Of a stretch of 64,000 nucleotides of DNA, positions 52,930 through 64,000 are shown piece by piece; position 1 is the stretch's first letter, and every line of letters starts with the position of its first letter. Made by a program: the position numbers and the translations under genes. The DNA is from Schmidtea nova (Eukaryota). Below the pieces are notes generated by a model that was not told where the DNA came from, did no database searches, and worked only from the letters and a program-made list of their open reading frames with translations. The DNA lies in the NCBI GenBank assembly GCA_044892505.1, contig CM097882.1:203546001-203610000 (forward strand), in the 5' to 3' direction.

Positions 52930-53425
52930 ATGTACAAGTTAGAAAATCATGATTTGAGACTTCTTTATTTGTATGAGTGGAAATCGAAGAACAATTCAGT
53001 GTAGGTGGAGAGGAATATTAATAATGCTTTTGGGAGCGATACAGTTAATGAAAGAACTATTTGGCGTTGGTTTAAAAAATTTGATGACGGAGAAATTGAT
53101 CTCGAAAATATGCCTCGCGGTAGACCCAATATCAAGCTGTCGGAGGAAGATTTACGTGAAGTTGTTACTCAAAATTCAACAAAATCTGTTCAAGAACTTG
53201 CTATATATCTGTCTGTCTCAAAACCAACCGTTCAATCTTATTTAAAGACAATTAGTATGATCAAAAAGCTTCAAAGATAAGTCCCACATTAATTAACTGA
53301 ATTGCAGAAATTAAACCGATTACAAACTTGCTTATCTCTTCAAGCACGACATCGAAAGTCATCTTTTCTTAATAATATTATTACCTGCGATGAAAAATGG
53401 ATTCAATATGATAATCGTAAGTGGT
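52930..53425 (+). mobile_element. Mariner transposase N-terminal relic (HTHs to first catalytic D)
   Basis: NINNAFGSDTVNERTIWRWF, RGRP, *VPH*L, IITCDEKWIQYDN. Confidence 0.85.
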
Positions 53426-53720
53426 TAGGAGAACAATTGTGTAAACATCAATTTCCAAAAAACGGTTTAAAATGCTTGCCGCCATATAGCCCTTTTCTAA
53501 ACCCCATAGAAAAACTATTTAGTAAATTTAAAAAGGCTATCACACAAGATGTTGCGGCAACCTAGGGGTAGAGTACCATTGATTACAAAATTCGAATGGA
53601 ATCAGTCAAAAGGCTTGTGGAGGAAGAATAAGAAAAAGGATTATATTTTCATTTGAAAAATTATTATGATCATATAAAAAGGTTCTTCCCAAAGTCTTTA
53701 TTCAAAGAGGAAATCTTGGG
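53425..53720 (+). mobile_element. IS630/Tc1 (DD3xE, TRT-like) transposase C-terminal relic
   Basis: LPPYSPFLNPIEKLFSKFK followed by a YDHIKRFFPKSLFKEEI-type tail. Confidence 0.65.
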
Positions 53721-54545
53721 GGACATCTAAATATACACAGGTAATTTAATTGCTGAATAAAAATTATAATGACTTACCTTTTTCAGTATTTCATAAATAT
53801 CTAAAAAATATATTTATAAAATAAATAGATATTTAACTTAAAATATTAAATAAAATATGTAATTGAATTAAAATATGTTAAAACAGATTTAAAATATGAT
53901 TTAAAAATCATAATAAATAGTTATTACTCACCAACTGCCCGTATTAAATGTCTTTGTAGCCCTTAATTATAGACAATTGGTGTAGCATAAATGTTCAAAA
54001 TTCTAAGCTCAGATTTAACCAATATTAATGAAAAGCGTGACATTTACACATTACAGCAACTATACTATTATATTAATATTTCGTTTTCAATATAACATTA
54101 ATCATTTTTACTTTTAGAAATAAAGATGCAATTCAATTTCGAAGAACTTGTTAAATTGAACGTATTGTATGGTTATCCTCTATCATTATGGTTAAATGAT
54201 TTTAGTAAAAAAAACTGATATTTGATATTTTTATTTTTTTAATAACAATTGCCTGCTAATTCGTTTTTGTTTGATTAAATTAGTTATTAAAATATCAAAA
54301 TACCAAACTAATTGTTTTGCTTTAGAAAGCCGAGACAAATCAATCATACCCATTCATTTTTATGTAATTGACTGGTTCATTTCAAATAGCTACTGTTCAT
54401 TTCTTGTGAGAACAAGCCAATTAAAACAAAAAAAAATAATTATATTGGATATGCTGTTTAGATAAGTACTTTTGATAATTTATCAATGACGATGATTTTT
54501 AACTTAAATATTTTGATTATTCATATTTCTAAAAAGAAAAATAGT

Positions 54546-54813
54546 TTTTATATCAATAATTTTCAAAATTGTATGATTATAAATAAAAAAGTCTTTTTGG
54601 GTTTTATGGTTCTTAAGTACAACATATTTTGGCACAACCTTTATCAAGTGTGTATTTCTTTGATAACACAATTGATAAAAACTGCCGATATATCGTGTAC
54701 TTAACAACCAAAAAACGCAAAAAAACATTTTAATCTATAGTCATAAAATTATGAAAATTATTGATATAAATAAAGAGAGATCAAAGGTGAAACCAAAAGA
54801 TAATTATGATAAT
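54546..54813. mobile_element. Foldback MITE family copy (duplicated at 62187-62454)
   Basis: Shares GCCGATATATCGTGTACTTAAC and ATGAAAATTATTGATATAAAT...GAGATCAAAG with the other copies. Confidence 0.7.
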
Positions 54814-55275
54814 AGTTTTTTGTTTTTGAAAATCATTTAAATATTGAGTTGACCAGTAAATAATGTCGAAGATTTAGGTAAGATATACAAACAAGAATAC
54901 AAATCTGAATTGTTTTAATCGACAAAAAACACCTATTAAATAAACTTTAAGAAATATGACTCTAAACGCATTGAAAACAAATATTTTTAACAGTTTTATT
55001 CAATACAAATGTGGATCTGAGAAATAATCTGAATTAAGCAGTGGATCTAGATTGCTAAATTAACTTTTTGTATGTTCTAAAAACGAGTCACATCCCTTAA
55101 AATTCAACATATGCTAAACTCTCATTTTTCCAATACAATTTCTTTTGTCATTTACCTTTTTATATTTTGTCATTTTACTTTTTTATTGTTTTCTATAATA
55201 AAATACCAATGGAATTAAAAAAAATTGTTCTGTTTATTAACTGCATGGTTTTCTTCTCATTGGTGTACATTCTTT

Positions 55276-55306
55276 CAATCCCAGGATCCTGGGATTGCAA
55301 ACACTA
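55276..55306. repeat. 22-bp perfect palindrome CAATCCCAGGATCCTGGGATTG plus a probable hAT-type terminus (copy at 62917-62947)
   Basis: Perfect palindrome 55276-55297; the reverse strand reads TAGTGTTTGCAATCCC..., resembling hAT ends. Confidence 0.55.
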
Positions 55307-56164
55307 ACTTTGACTGACTGGTTGAAACTAAATAATTGGTGATTTTGTGTACCAATTCGACATTTCGGTACTGTAAACATTTTATTGATATTAAAACAAC
55401 CAAAATATGACTGATGTTTGATGTCAGTAAACCTTCAGTATTTCTTCTTTCATTGATTCTTTGCTACCCAACCGACTTTTACAATTTGAACTTGAAAAGA
55501 TCCATTCTTTTTATACATTGCCGTTACTTTCATCCTTGATTTTTCAGATAACTGAATCTAATTTCCTGGAAAAGAGTAGATAATCCGAAGAATAATTAGA
55601 CGCATCCAAGAGATTGTCATTAGCCATTGTCATTAATAATGTATCTAATTTGATATTTTTAAATTCCAAGAAAAAACTTTCGATATCTCCAGCAACAATA
55701 TTTATTTCGCTATTGATTTATTCAATATTGAGATAAATCCAAAAATAATGGATTAAAAAATGATATTAAAATATAATATAAGAAAGTCAAAATAATTAAG
55801 AAAATATCAATTAAATATACAAAATATTACCTTAAATTGGCAAGCCTTCAATTAAAATTAAAAAAGATTTAACTGTGAAAAGATAATAAAAACATGTCTA
55901 ATTTATTATTAAATATGAACAAAAATGTATAATGTTGAAGAAAACTAAGTAAGTGTTGAAAAATAATGAAATTCTGTAAGAATAACACTAGTAAATTATA
56001 TATGAAATTCGTACGCCATGTTTCCAAGTTACAGATTACCTGTAAGACTATGCATTTTCGAGTGATGTCATATCCAGTGTACCACGAATAATATTTAACA
56101 AATATTTCATGTATTTTATGTGTTAATATGGGTGATTTTAAGATATATTTTAGAGAATAAATAT

Positions 56165-56232
56165 GTATGTTTAGTAAAAACCCACATGTTTAGTGAAACA
56201 CATATATCTAGTGAAAACACACCTGTTTAGTA
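56165..56232 (+). repeat. ~20-bp minisatellite (GTTTAGTGAAAACACAT-like), duplicated at ~63806-63873
   Basis: Seen directly. Confidence 0.6.
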
Positions 56233-56657
56233 TATTTTATGATGATTTTAGTAAATAATATGGTTAGTGGTTATTTGAATACCAGTTAGCTAAAACTTAC
56301 TTTTCAGAATAAATCAATACGGTTTATATGTATAACTAATTACTAACACACAGGTTGTATAATAAAGAATGTGATTGATTGACATTTGTTTTCCCAAAAG
56401 TTTAGTATTATATAGATAATACACGTAGTTAAAGATTGAAAATGGTGGGTTTCAAATGTATGTGTTTATAAATAGACTGTATGACATGTAGTTGCATGAC
56501 TTATAGTTGTATTATAATTTCTTTATTATCCATGCGCATGAGCCGTAATAAAGTTGCAATACTTGTTCAATCAAATTGCAATACATGAGTTATACAAAAA
56601 CCTGCAGATCTTGGATAAATTTGTATAAATACTTGAAAATATATGATTATTTAGAAA

Positions 56658-57049
56658 ATGAAACAAGAAAAATTTATAATAAATTTGATTGACGGTCTTT
56701 TATCAAAAGAGAAAGATTATGATGAACTAATATCAAGTTTACAAATCCTGGTGTCCGATGCCGAAAAAATATTTCATTCCAATCCCATTTGAATCAAAAA
56801 TCAGTTAGAAGCAAGAAACATGCATTCAAAAGCGTGTTTTACTCGTTATTTGAGTGTGAAATGAATTGGTTACATGTCATTATGGCGTTCAATAATATAA
56901 AACAAATAATGGAAAATTCTGGTTCAAATTATGAAAATTATTTTCAATGGTCAGTACAGGTATATTATTATTTTTATATAATTATAATGTTAATATTATT
57001 TTAGATTATCCAAAGTGAAATATGTCCCTGGGTTCATGAAAATGGATAA
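56658..57049 (+). pseudogene. Divergent Bcl-2-fold gene or pseudogene (one frameshift, 45-nt intron, truncated BH2)
   Basis: MKQEKFIINLIDGLL (BH4-like), SLQILVSDAEKIF (BH3-like), -1 frameshift at ~56786, FKSVFYSLFECEMNWLHVIMAF (BH1-like), phase-0 GT-AG intron 56960-57004, IIQSEICPWVHENG* (BH2-like). Confidence 0.55.
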
Positions 57050-57479
57050 ATGAAAATGGATAGTTTTACAATAAAATCTATATTAATCTGTTAAAACCTT
57101 TAAATAATCAGTATCAAACAATAATACATTTATTTTCGATAAATTAAATTTACAATATCCATTTTTTCTGAAATAAATGTTAAAAAATGAATTAAAAACA
57201 ATCATGTTAAAAACAATGATGTTAAATTGGATATTTTAAAATATAAATGAAAAATAACTGGTATATATACTAATTATTTACACACACATTTATTTGTTAA
57301 TAAGATATTGTATGAAACTTTTGCAAATAAAAACCATCACAAAGGATGTTCTGTTACCAAGGTTCTGCTATTAGGGTTCTGTTAGAAATTTTCTAATACT
57401 AGAGTTCAACTACTGTGTTATTCATCACAATTCAAGTCTGAATTGTTGATATAAATCACTGTGATGCTTATTACGATTG

Positions 57480-57610
57480 TGTCATTTATGTGTAGTGCAC
57501 TTGTATTGAATATGTCGTGTATTGCTTATGTCATACACTTGTATTGCAAGTGTCATACCCTCGTATTGTAAATTTCATGTATTTTTATTGCTTGTATCAT
57601 ACAATTTTGG
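57480..57610 (+). repeat. ~22-bp minisatellite (TGTCATACACTTGTATTGCAAG-like, 4-5 degenerate units)
   Basis: Seen directly. Confidence 0.65.
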
Positions 57611-57879
57611 TATTCAAGAACATGTATATTTTCTATGATTTCCCTTGAATATTAATCAATTTTACAGAGTTTAATTATTTCAGAGTAAATTTAATACAAA
57701 CTAGTAAAAATATTGACAATTTCTGTATTTATTAATCAATGATTTTGGGAACTTCATGACTATACAAAATTGGTTAAAAGATTGTAAAATGGTATAATGA
57801 TTGTAAAATGGGTTAAATAACTGCAAATAGCAAAACTATGGTCATTATTTCCCTTGTATACTCAATTGTAGTAAGTTTA

Positions 57880-58336
57880 TCGAAATTTTTACAAGTGTAA
57901 AAATCATTAATTTTCAACTAAATACTCATTGGTTTTGTCATAATCAAACTTTAAGTCTTAGAGTCAATTTCTATAATGTGCAAAACAATCACAAAGTTGG
58001 TGTTCTCATCACAAAGTGAGTTTTCATATCAAAAGAATGGATCTGAATAAAACTTTAAAAGTTGAAATACCACAACGTAAAATATTCATAGAATACCCCA
58101 GCGTAATAACAATTGTGATTTATTTTTAAACGATTAACACGATCAATAAGAAATTATCTTGCAATGAAACAATATTTATCAACAACAGGAACACTGAATT
58201 TCATGATGCATTTCAATCAATTGAATTTATGGGTAATGAAAATTGGTTTATTGATATATCCATTCAAGGATATAAAATCGATCCAAAAGATTCAAGGTCT
58301 CCAATTTGGAAAATAAAAAGTGCTAGAATTGCATAG
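57880..58336 (+). pseudogene. Decayed ORF, tentatively a viral-type OB-fold ssDNA-binding protein
   Basis: Three frameshifted segments: ...NTHWF..., KTLKVEIPQR, and WFIDISIQGYKIDPKDSRSPIWKIKSARIA*. Confidence 0.3.
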
Positions 58337-59686
58337 ATAAAATCGCATAAATAACATTGATGTCGTAGATGTCGCATATATGTGTATTTATTGATAAATG
58401 TTGATAAATTCTCACTTGTTGTTTTTTGAATAATTGTTTTGTAAAATATTTTGTTTTTTGAAAAATTTTAAGTTTTTATGTTTTTGACCTCGTGGTGACC
58501 TAGGCCTCAATGTGTTCTTAAAATGGCCTTAAAATTTAACCTTAAAGCGACCTTAAAGCGACCTTAATTTGACCTTAAAAATTAAAAATGTTTGATGACT
58601 CGTCGTGTTTGTGCAAATAAAATTTGGGGATGAGTTACAAAAAAGTCTCCCCTGGGGGTCGCTTTATTTTGATTGGATGCACACATGAGATGACGTCTTA
58701 TGTCTTTGTTCTCCCGTCCACACTTACTTCTACTGACATCTTCCTCTAGCCTCTTTTGGATCCGTTGAGCCTTTGCCAATTCGGCTTGATGGTCGGGTTG
58801 TTTAGTGATACTGTAGAAAATAATAATATAAACGTTTTTAAAATGCACATTAATTTTCAGTCTCATAATAAATTCTATAAAAACGTCGAGTCAAAACTAT
58901 AATAAAATTCTTCACATCTTGTAAGGAATTTTTAGCAACTCAGATGTTATCAAATTAACACTAATTTTATTTGAAATCAACACATGGATTAATCAAAAAC
59001 TGGATTATTGTCTTTGGCAAACACATGCCGGATTCTTAGACTTTCTAGAAGGGATTTGTCTCGCAATGCGGAAATCGAAAATTTCGGCGACTTTCTCTCC
59101 TGTGAACTTGAGATCAGCCGCTTTTTACCCTTTTTTATTAATTTTTAAATATTATGTCATTTTAATTCAGAGCTTGTCTTATTTTTAACCTTTTTTCATT
59201 AAGTTTTAAAAATAATTGTAATGTTCTGTGGACACACCAATCTATCAAATAGTGTTTTGGAGTTTTTATTATTATGTTGATGTATCTCTTGTTTCCTTGT
59301 ATATTCTACACACCATAACAACTCTCGTTGGTAACGTTTGGATATATATTTTTAACTGTATATGTTTATTTGTGTCTGTTCGAATTAATAATTACCAATT
59401 GTGTTTTCTGTTCGCTGATGATAATATTACATAATTTGATTAGAGATGTGATTATCATTGAATGCTTTGTCTTATTTATATTTAATGTTATGTAATTAAT
59501 TAAAGTTATGTGAATTAATGTTATAAAAAAAATGTTAAAAATCTTGTAATCCTAAATATTTTATGAAGTGTTTAAAAGAAGTTGTTAAGCGGTTAACCCG
59601 CGCAATAATTAATAAACAAATAAAACATATTAGTTACAGCTGTTGTGTTTTTTAAAATGTTCAATTGCAAAATTATTTGTCGAATT

Positions 59687-60445
59687 ATGTCTACAGATTA
59701 TTCTAATTTATCAAATAGCAAATTCATAAAGGAAAATAAACTCCCATATCTTTTACCGAATTTTGATGAGAATGAAGAGTACGCTGACGATCTGTTAGCT
59801 GAAATTAAAAGAAATTTCATTTATTTAACTAAAGACAAGCAATTTTATGAAAATTTCAAGCTCAATTTAAAATTGCTTCAAAGGTATATAAATAATTATA
59901 GTCTCCGATTTACACTAGCAGACTATATAGCAATTATGAAGCTCCTATATGGGGTGCTTATTCAAAAAGATATCGATGTGATAATTACGATAAATGTTAT
60001 AACCGAATTAAAAATGCTTCTCAAAAAAACGAACTTTCTATCACGTGACGGTTTAACAATTGACTGGAATTCTTTGTATGATATTTGGTATCATTTTACC
60101 CATAGTTCTGTCGTTCACAATGGAATTATATTTACGCCAGAGCCGATAAAAGTCATTTCTGCAGAAATAATTCGATTATTTCCCAAGTTTTTTTTTGATA
60201 ACTCAACTATTATTCTATTATCCCTATCCCGTTGAGCTCGACAAACTCAATGGATTAAAAATCCTAAAAGTCTTTCTACCATCTTATTACAATAATCACA
60301 AGTCGTTCTTTGAATTGATTCGGCCACATTTGATAGGAATGCTGGAAGTGCCGACATGGATGAGCAACTGTGAACATGATTTGATGATTTTATTAGGCCG
60401 AGTTGCTACGACTTATGTCGGTTTGATGGATTGGACTCCTTTAAT
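59687..60445 (+). pseudogene. PSME4: Intronless N-terminal fragment of proteasome activator PA200/Blm10, frameshifted at ~60215
   Basis: NKLPY, LAEIK.N, RYI..Y..RF...DY....KLLY, LLKK..FLSRD.L.I.W..LYD, then KVFLP and LLGRVATTYVGLMDWTP follow the PSME4 N-terminus as I recall it, in order. Confidence 0.85.
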
Positions 60446-61010
60446 TAATAACCCAATGCTTTTGATACTTGGTGATCGTAGTTTGAAAAGCCTCACAAAT
60501 AATACTAATAAGCCCGACACGATAATTTTAAACTGTAATCCTGACGTATTTGCTTATTATACCTATTCTATGAACGATGTGACAGATGTATCACAATTAA
60601 AAATCGTCGTTACTGATATTAAAAAAATAACATTAAACATACGGTCTTATTCAAATTATAGAACTATGAATGAACTAGGATCATACAACTATATCAACGC
60701 AACCCAATTTATTGGACAAGAATTTTCTAATAAGAAAGCCTTCAGTGGAACACTCCCTTATGAGATCCATCTTGGGGGATTACCCGATGATTCCGATCGA
60801 CCTTTGGTTTGGCCTGGAATTCTTCTTACATTTCTATTTGGCATGAATGAGTGTATGGTAACAAATTTCTGTAAATTGAATACAGCCTATAAATATTCCG
60901 AAACAAAAGTACTATTAAATTTATTTATACGATTATATAAAATTAAAAGCGAGGAAATAAAACTAAAATTGATGAATCGGCAACTGCACCAAAATAATGT
61001 CATTCTTTAG
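60446..61010 (+). other. In-frame non-PSME4 extension with LamG/LNS-like motifs
   Basis: EIHLGGLPDDSDRPLVWPGILLTFLFGMNEC resembles the LGGLP...VW..LL...GC end of neurexin-type LNS domains. Confidence 0.4.
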
Positions 61011-61084
61011 TCTTTGTAAAATTCTACTCGTTTTTTACTATTTAAATTTAACCACGTGTTTTTTACCTTTTTTCTTAAATTTTT

Positions 61085-61800
61085 ATTTAAAATTTCAATT
61101 CAAAATTACAAATCTGAGAGTAGAAAATCCAGTTTAAAAAGATTTCAAAATATTTTACTTGTTTAAAAGATTTTCACGTGCTTTTATTTACCATTAAAAT
61201 TTATATTTCAGTTCAAAAATACCAGAGCTCTTTTCTTGCTCTAGAAAAATCTGAGAAGTGAAAATCCTATTCAAAATTCCCTAACCAAAAATTCAATACA
61301 AATTATCGGAGTCCGTTTCTGCCTTAGAAAAATATAGGAAGAGAACAAAATATACAAAAATACCAGACCAAAAGATCGAATTCAAAAATACCAGACCAAA
61401 ATTCCCCATACAAAAAACCTATCGTCCCATTTCGCCAGAGAAAAGGTCTTGGAGTTTAAAATACTGTTTAAAGTATCAGTGCCAAAATTCCCTGTAGAAA
61501 AGACCAAACCAAAAATCCCTGTTCAAAATACTAAGACCAAAATTCCAATACAATTTATCAGAGTACTTTTTTGCACGAGAATTATATGAGAGTAAAAAAT
61601 CCATGTTTAAAAATACCTGACCGAAATTCCCTATAGAAAATATTGAGACCAAATAATCGTATTCAAAAATCGTACAAAAAACCCAGAGTCCCTTTTTTAC
61701 CGGAGTTGAAAATCCTGTAGAAAATTTCCAGACCATGAATTTTCTGTCTAACTCACGTTCAAAAGATCGAACAAAAGTTCACTATACAAAAAATACCAGC
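61085..61800 (+). repeat. Degenerate minisatellite array (core ~AAAATTCCCTATACAAAAATACCAGACC)
   Basis: Recurring AAAATACCAGACC and AAAATTCC motifs, with longer recurring blocks. Confidence 0.8.
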
Positions 61801-62101
61801 TCAAAATGTTGTGGCCCGCTAATTCGCTTTTTCTAAGGGGAGATGGGGGTTGAGTTAGAGCGCCACTACCTACCTACTGACAATCAAAATATTACAACTC
61901 AATTCAAATGAAAATTTCAATAAAAATAAAGAAAAATTAGTAAATAAATATAATTAATAACAAATGAGGTTTCATATAATATTCAACAGGCATGACAATT
62001 CACAGCCTTTAAAAGATTTTCTGACATTTCATTCTTCGATAATAAATCGGTTAATTTCAGCTCTGAGGATCCTTGAATTCCAAAAATCTTTGAGTTGCAA
62101 T

Positions 62102-64000
62102 GATAAGTACTTTTGATAATTTATCAATGACGATGATTTTTAACTTAAATATTTTGATTATTCATATTTCTAAAAAGAAAAATAGTTTTTATATCAATAA
62201 TTTTCAAAATTGTATGATTATAAATAAAAAAGTCTTTTTGGGTTTTATGGTTCTTAAGTACAACATATTTTGGCACAACCTTTATCAAGTGTGTATTTCT
62301 TTGATAACACAATTGATAAAAACTGCCGATATATCGTGTACTTAACAACCAAAAAACGCAAAAAAACATTTTAATCTATAGTCATAAAATTATGAAAATT
62401 ATTGATATAAATAAAGAGAGATCAAAGGTGAAACCAAAAGATAATTATGATAATAGTTTTTTGTTTTTGAAAATCATTTAAATATTGAGTTGACCAGTAA
62501 ATAATGTCGAAGATTTAGGTAAGATATACAAACAAGAATACAAATCTGAATTGTTTTAATCGACAAAAAACACCTATTAAATAAACTTTAAGAAATATGA
62601 CTCTAAACGCATTGAAAACAAATATTTTTAACAGTTTTATTCAATACAAATGTGGATCTGAGAAATAATCTGAATTAAGCAGTGGATCTAGATTGCTAAA
62701 TTAACTTTTTGTATGTTCTAAAAACGAGTCACATCCCTTAAAATTCAACATATGCTAAACTCTCATTTTTCCAATACAATTTCTTTTGTCATTTACCTTT
62801 TTATATTTTGTCATTTTACTTTTTTATTGTTTTCTATAATAAAATACCAATGGAATTAAAAAAAATTGTTCTGTTTATTAACTGCATGGTTTTCTTCTCA
62901 TTGGTGTACATTCTTTCAATCCCAGGATCCTGGGATTGCAAACACTAACTTTGACTGACTGGTTGAAACTAAATAATTGGTGATTTTGTGTACCAATTCG
63001 ACATTTCGGTACTGTAAACATTTTATTGATATTAAAACAACCAAAATATGACTGATGTTTGATGTCAGTAAACCTTCAGTATTTCTTCTTTCATTGATTC
63101 TTTGCTACCCAACCGACTTTTACAATTTGAACTTGAAAAGATCCATTCTTTTTATACATTGCCGTTACTTTCATCCTTGATTTTTCAGATAACTGAATCT
63201 AATTTCCTGGAAAAGAGTAGATAATCCGAAGAATAATTAGACGCATCCAAGAGATTGTCATTAGCCATTGTCATTAATAATGTATCTAATTTGATATTTT
63301 TAAATTCCAAGAAAAAACTTTCGATATCTCCAGCAACAATATTTATTTCGCTATTGATTTATTCAATATTGAGATAAATCCAAAAATAATGGATTAAAAA
63401 ATGATATTAAAATATAATATAAGAAAGTCAAAATAATTAAGAAAATATCAATTAAATATACAAAATATTACCTTAAATTGGCAAGCCTTCAATTAAAATT
63501 AAAAAAGATTTAACTGTGAAAAGATAATAAAAACATGTCTAATTTATTATTAAATATGAACAAAAATGTATAATGTTGAAGAAAACTAAGTAAGTGTTGA
63601 AAAATAATGAAATTCTGTAAGAATAACACTAGTAAATTATATATGAAATTCGTACGCCATGTTTCCAAGTTACAGATTACCTGTAAGACTATGCATTTTC
63701 GAGTGATGTCATATCCAGTGTACCACGAATAATATTTAACAAATATTTCATGTATTTTATGTGTTAATATGGGTGATTTTAAGATATATTTTAGAGAATA
63801 AATATGTATGTTTAGTAAAAACCCACATGTTTAGTGAAACACATATATCTAGTGAAAACACACCTGTTTAGTATATTTTATGATGATTTTAGTAAATAAT
63901 ATGGTTAGTGGTTATTTGAATACCAGTTAGCTAAAACTTACTTTTCAGAATAAATCAATACGGTTTATATGTATAACTAATTACTAACACACAGGTTGTA
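62102..64000 (+). repeat. Copy 2 of the direct duplication (runs off the window end)
   Basis: Same as 54461-56359. Confidence 0.95.

Larger units (their letters stand above)
54461..56359 (+). repeat. Copy 1 of a direct duplication of at least 1899 bp
   Basis: Matches 62102-64000 at offset 7641 wherever I checked; left breakpoint at GATAAGTAC. Confidence 0.95.

Noticed and set aside
54486-54728. Overlapping +/- ORFs, repeated at 62100-62369
   Set aside because: Lie over the palindromic MITE; composition is not protein-like
59786-59810. CTGACGA...GAAA resembling a hammerhead ribozyme core (also CTGATGA at ~59413 and ~26895)
   Set aside because: No stem II or flanking stems can be formed; two of the three sites lie inside coding frames; I found no convincing hammerhead near the Penelope fragments
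61085-61800. Repeat array as a CRISPR
   Set aside because: Degenerate units with no unique constant-length spacers; eukaryotic context; no cas genes
1-64000. tRNA/rRNA genes and species assignment
   Set aside because: I saw no cloverleaf or rRNA-like sequence; AT content, short introns and TE types fit several reduced or AT-rich animal lineages, so no species is claimed

Overview
AT-rich (roughly 25-30% GC by eye) eukaryotic, probably animal, scaffold with three N gaps. It is mostly transposable elements. Retroelements: two full-length, very compact Ty3/Gypsy LTR elements with 5-bp TSDs (10579-14519 +, 42186-45964 -), a truncated third Gypsy and a fragmented Penelope-like element. DNA transposons: two Merlin/IS1595 elements (one with an intact ORF, one interrupted by a DD35D pogo), several mariner, Tc1, Tigger and hAT relics, and several MITE or foldback families. 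The only clear spliced host gene is a GAPR-1-like CAP-domain gene (39180-40616) with 47- and 75-nt introns. The least explained part is 54.5-64 kb. There, an apparently identical direct repeat of at least 1.9 kb (offset 7641 bp) brackets a mosaic: a divergent Bcl-2-fold gene or pseudogene with a 45-nt intron, a decayed ORF resembling viral-type OB-fold SSBs, and an intronless PSME4/PA200 N-terminal fragment fused in frame to a LamG/LNS-like segment. All protein family calls come from manual translation and motifs recalled from memory; no searches were run. The species cannot be determined from the sequence.
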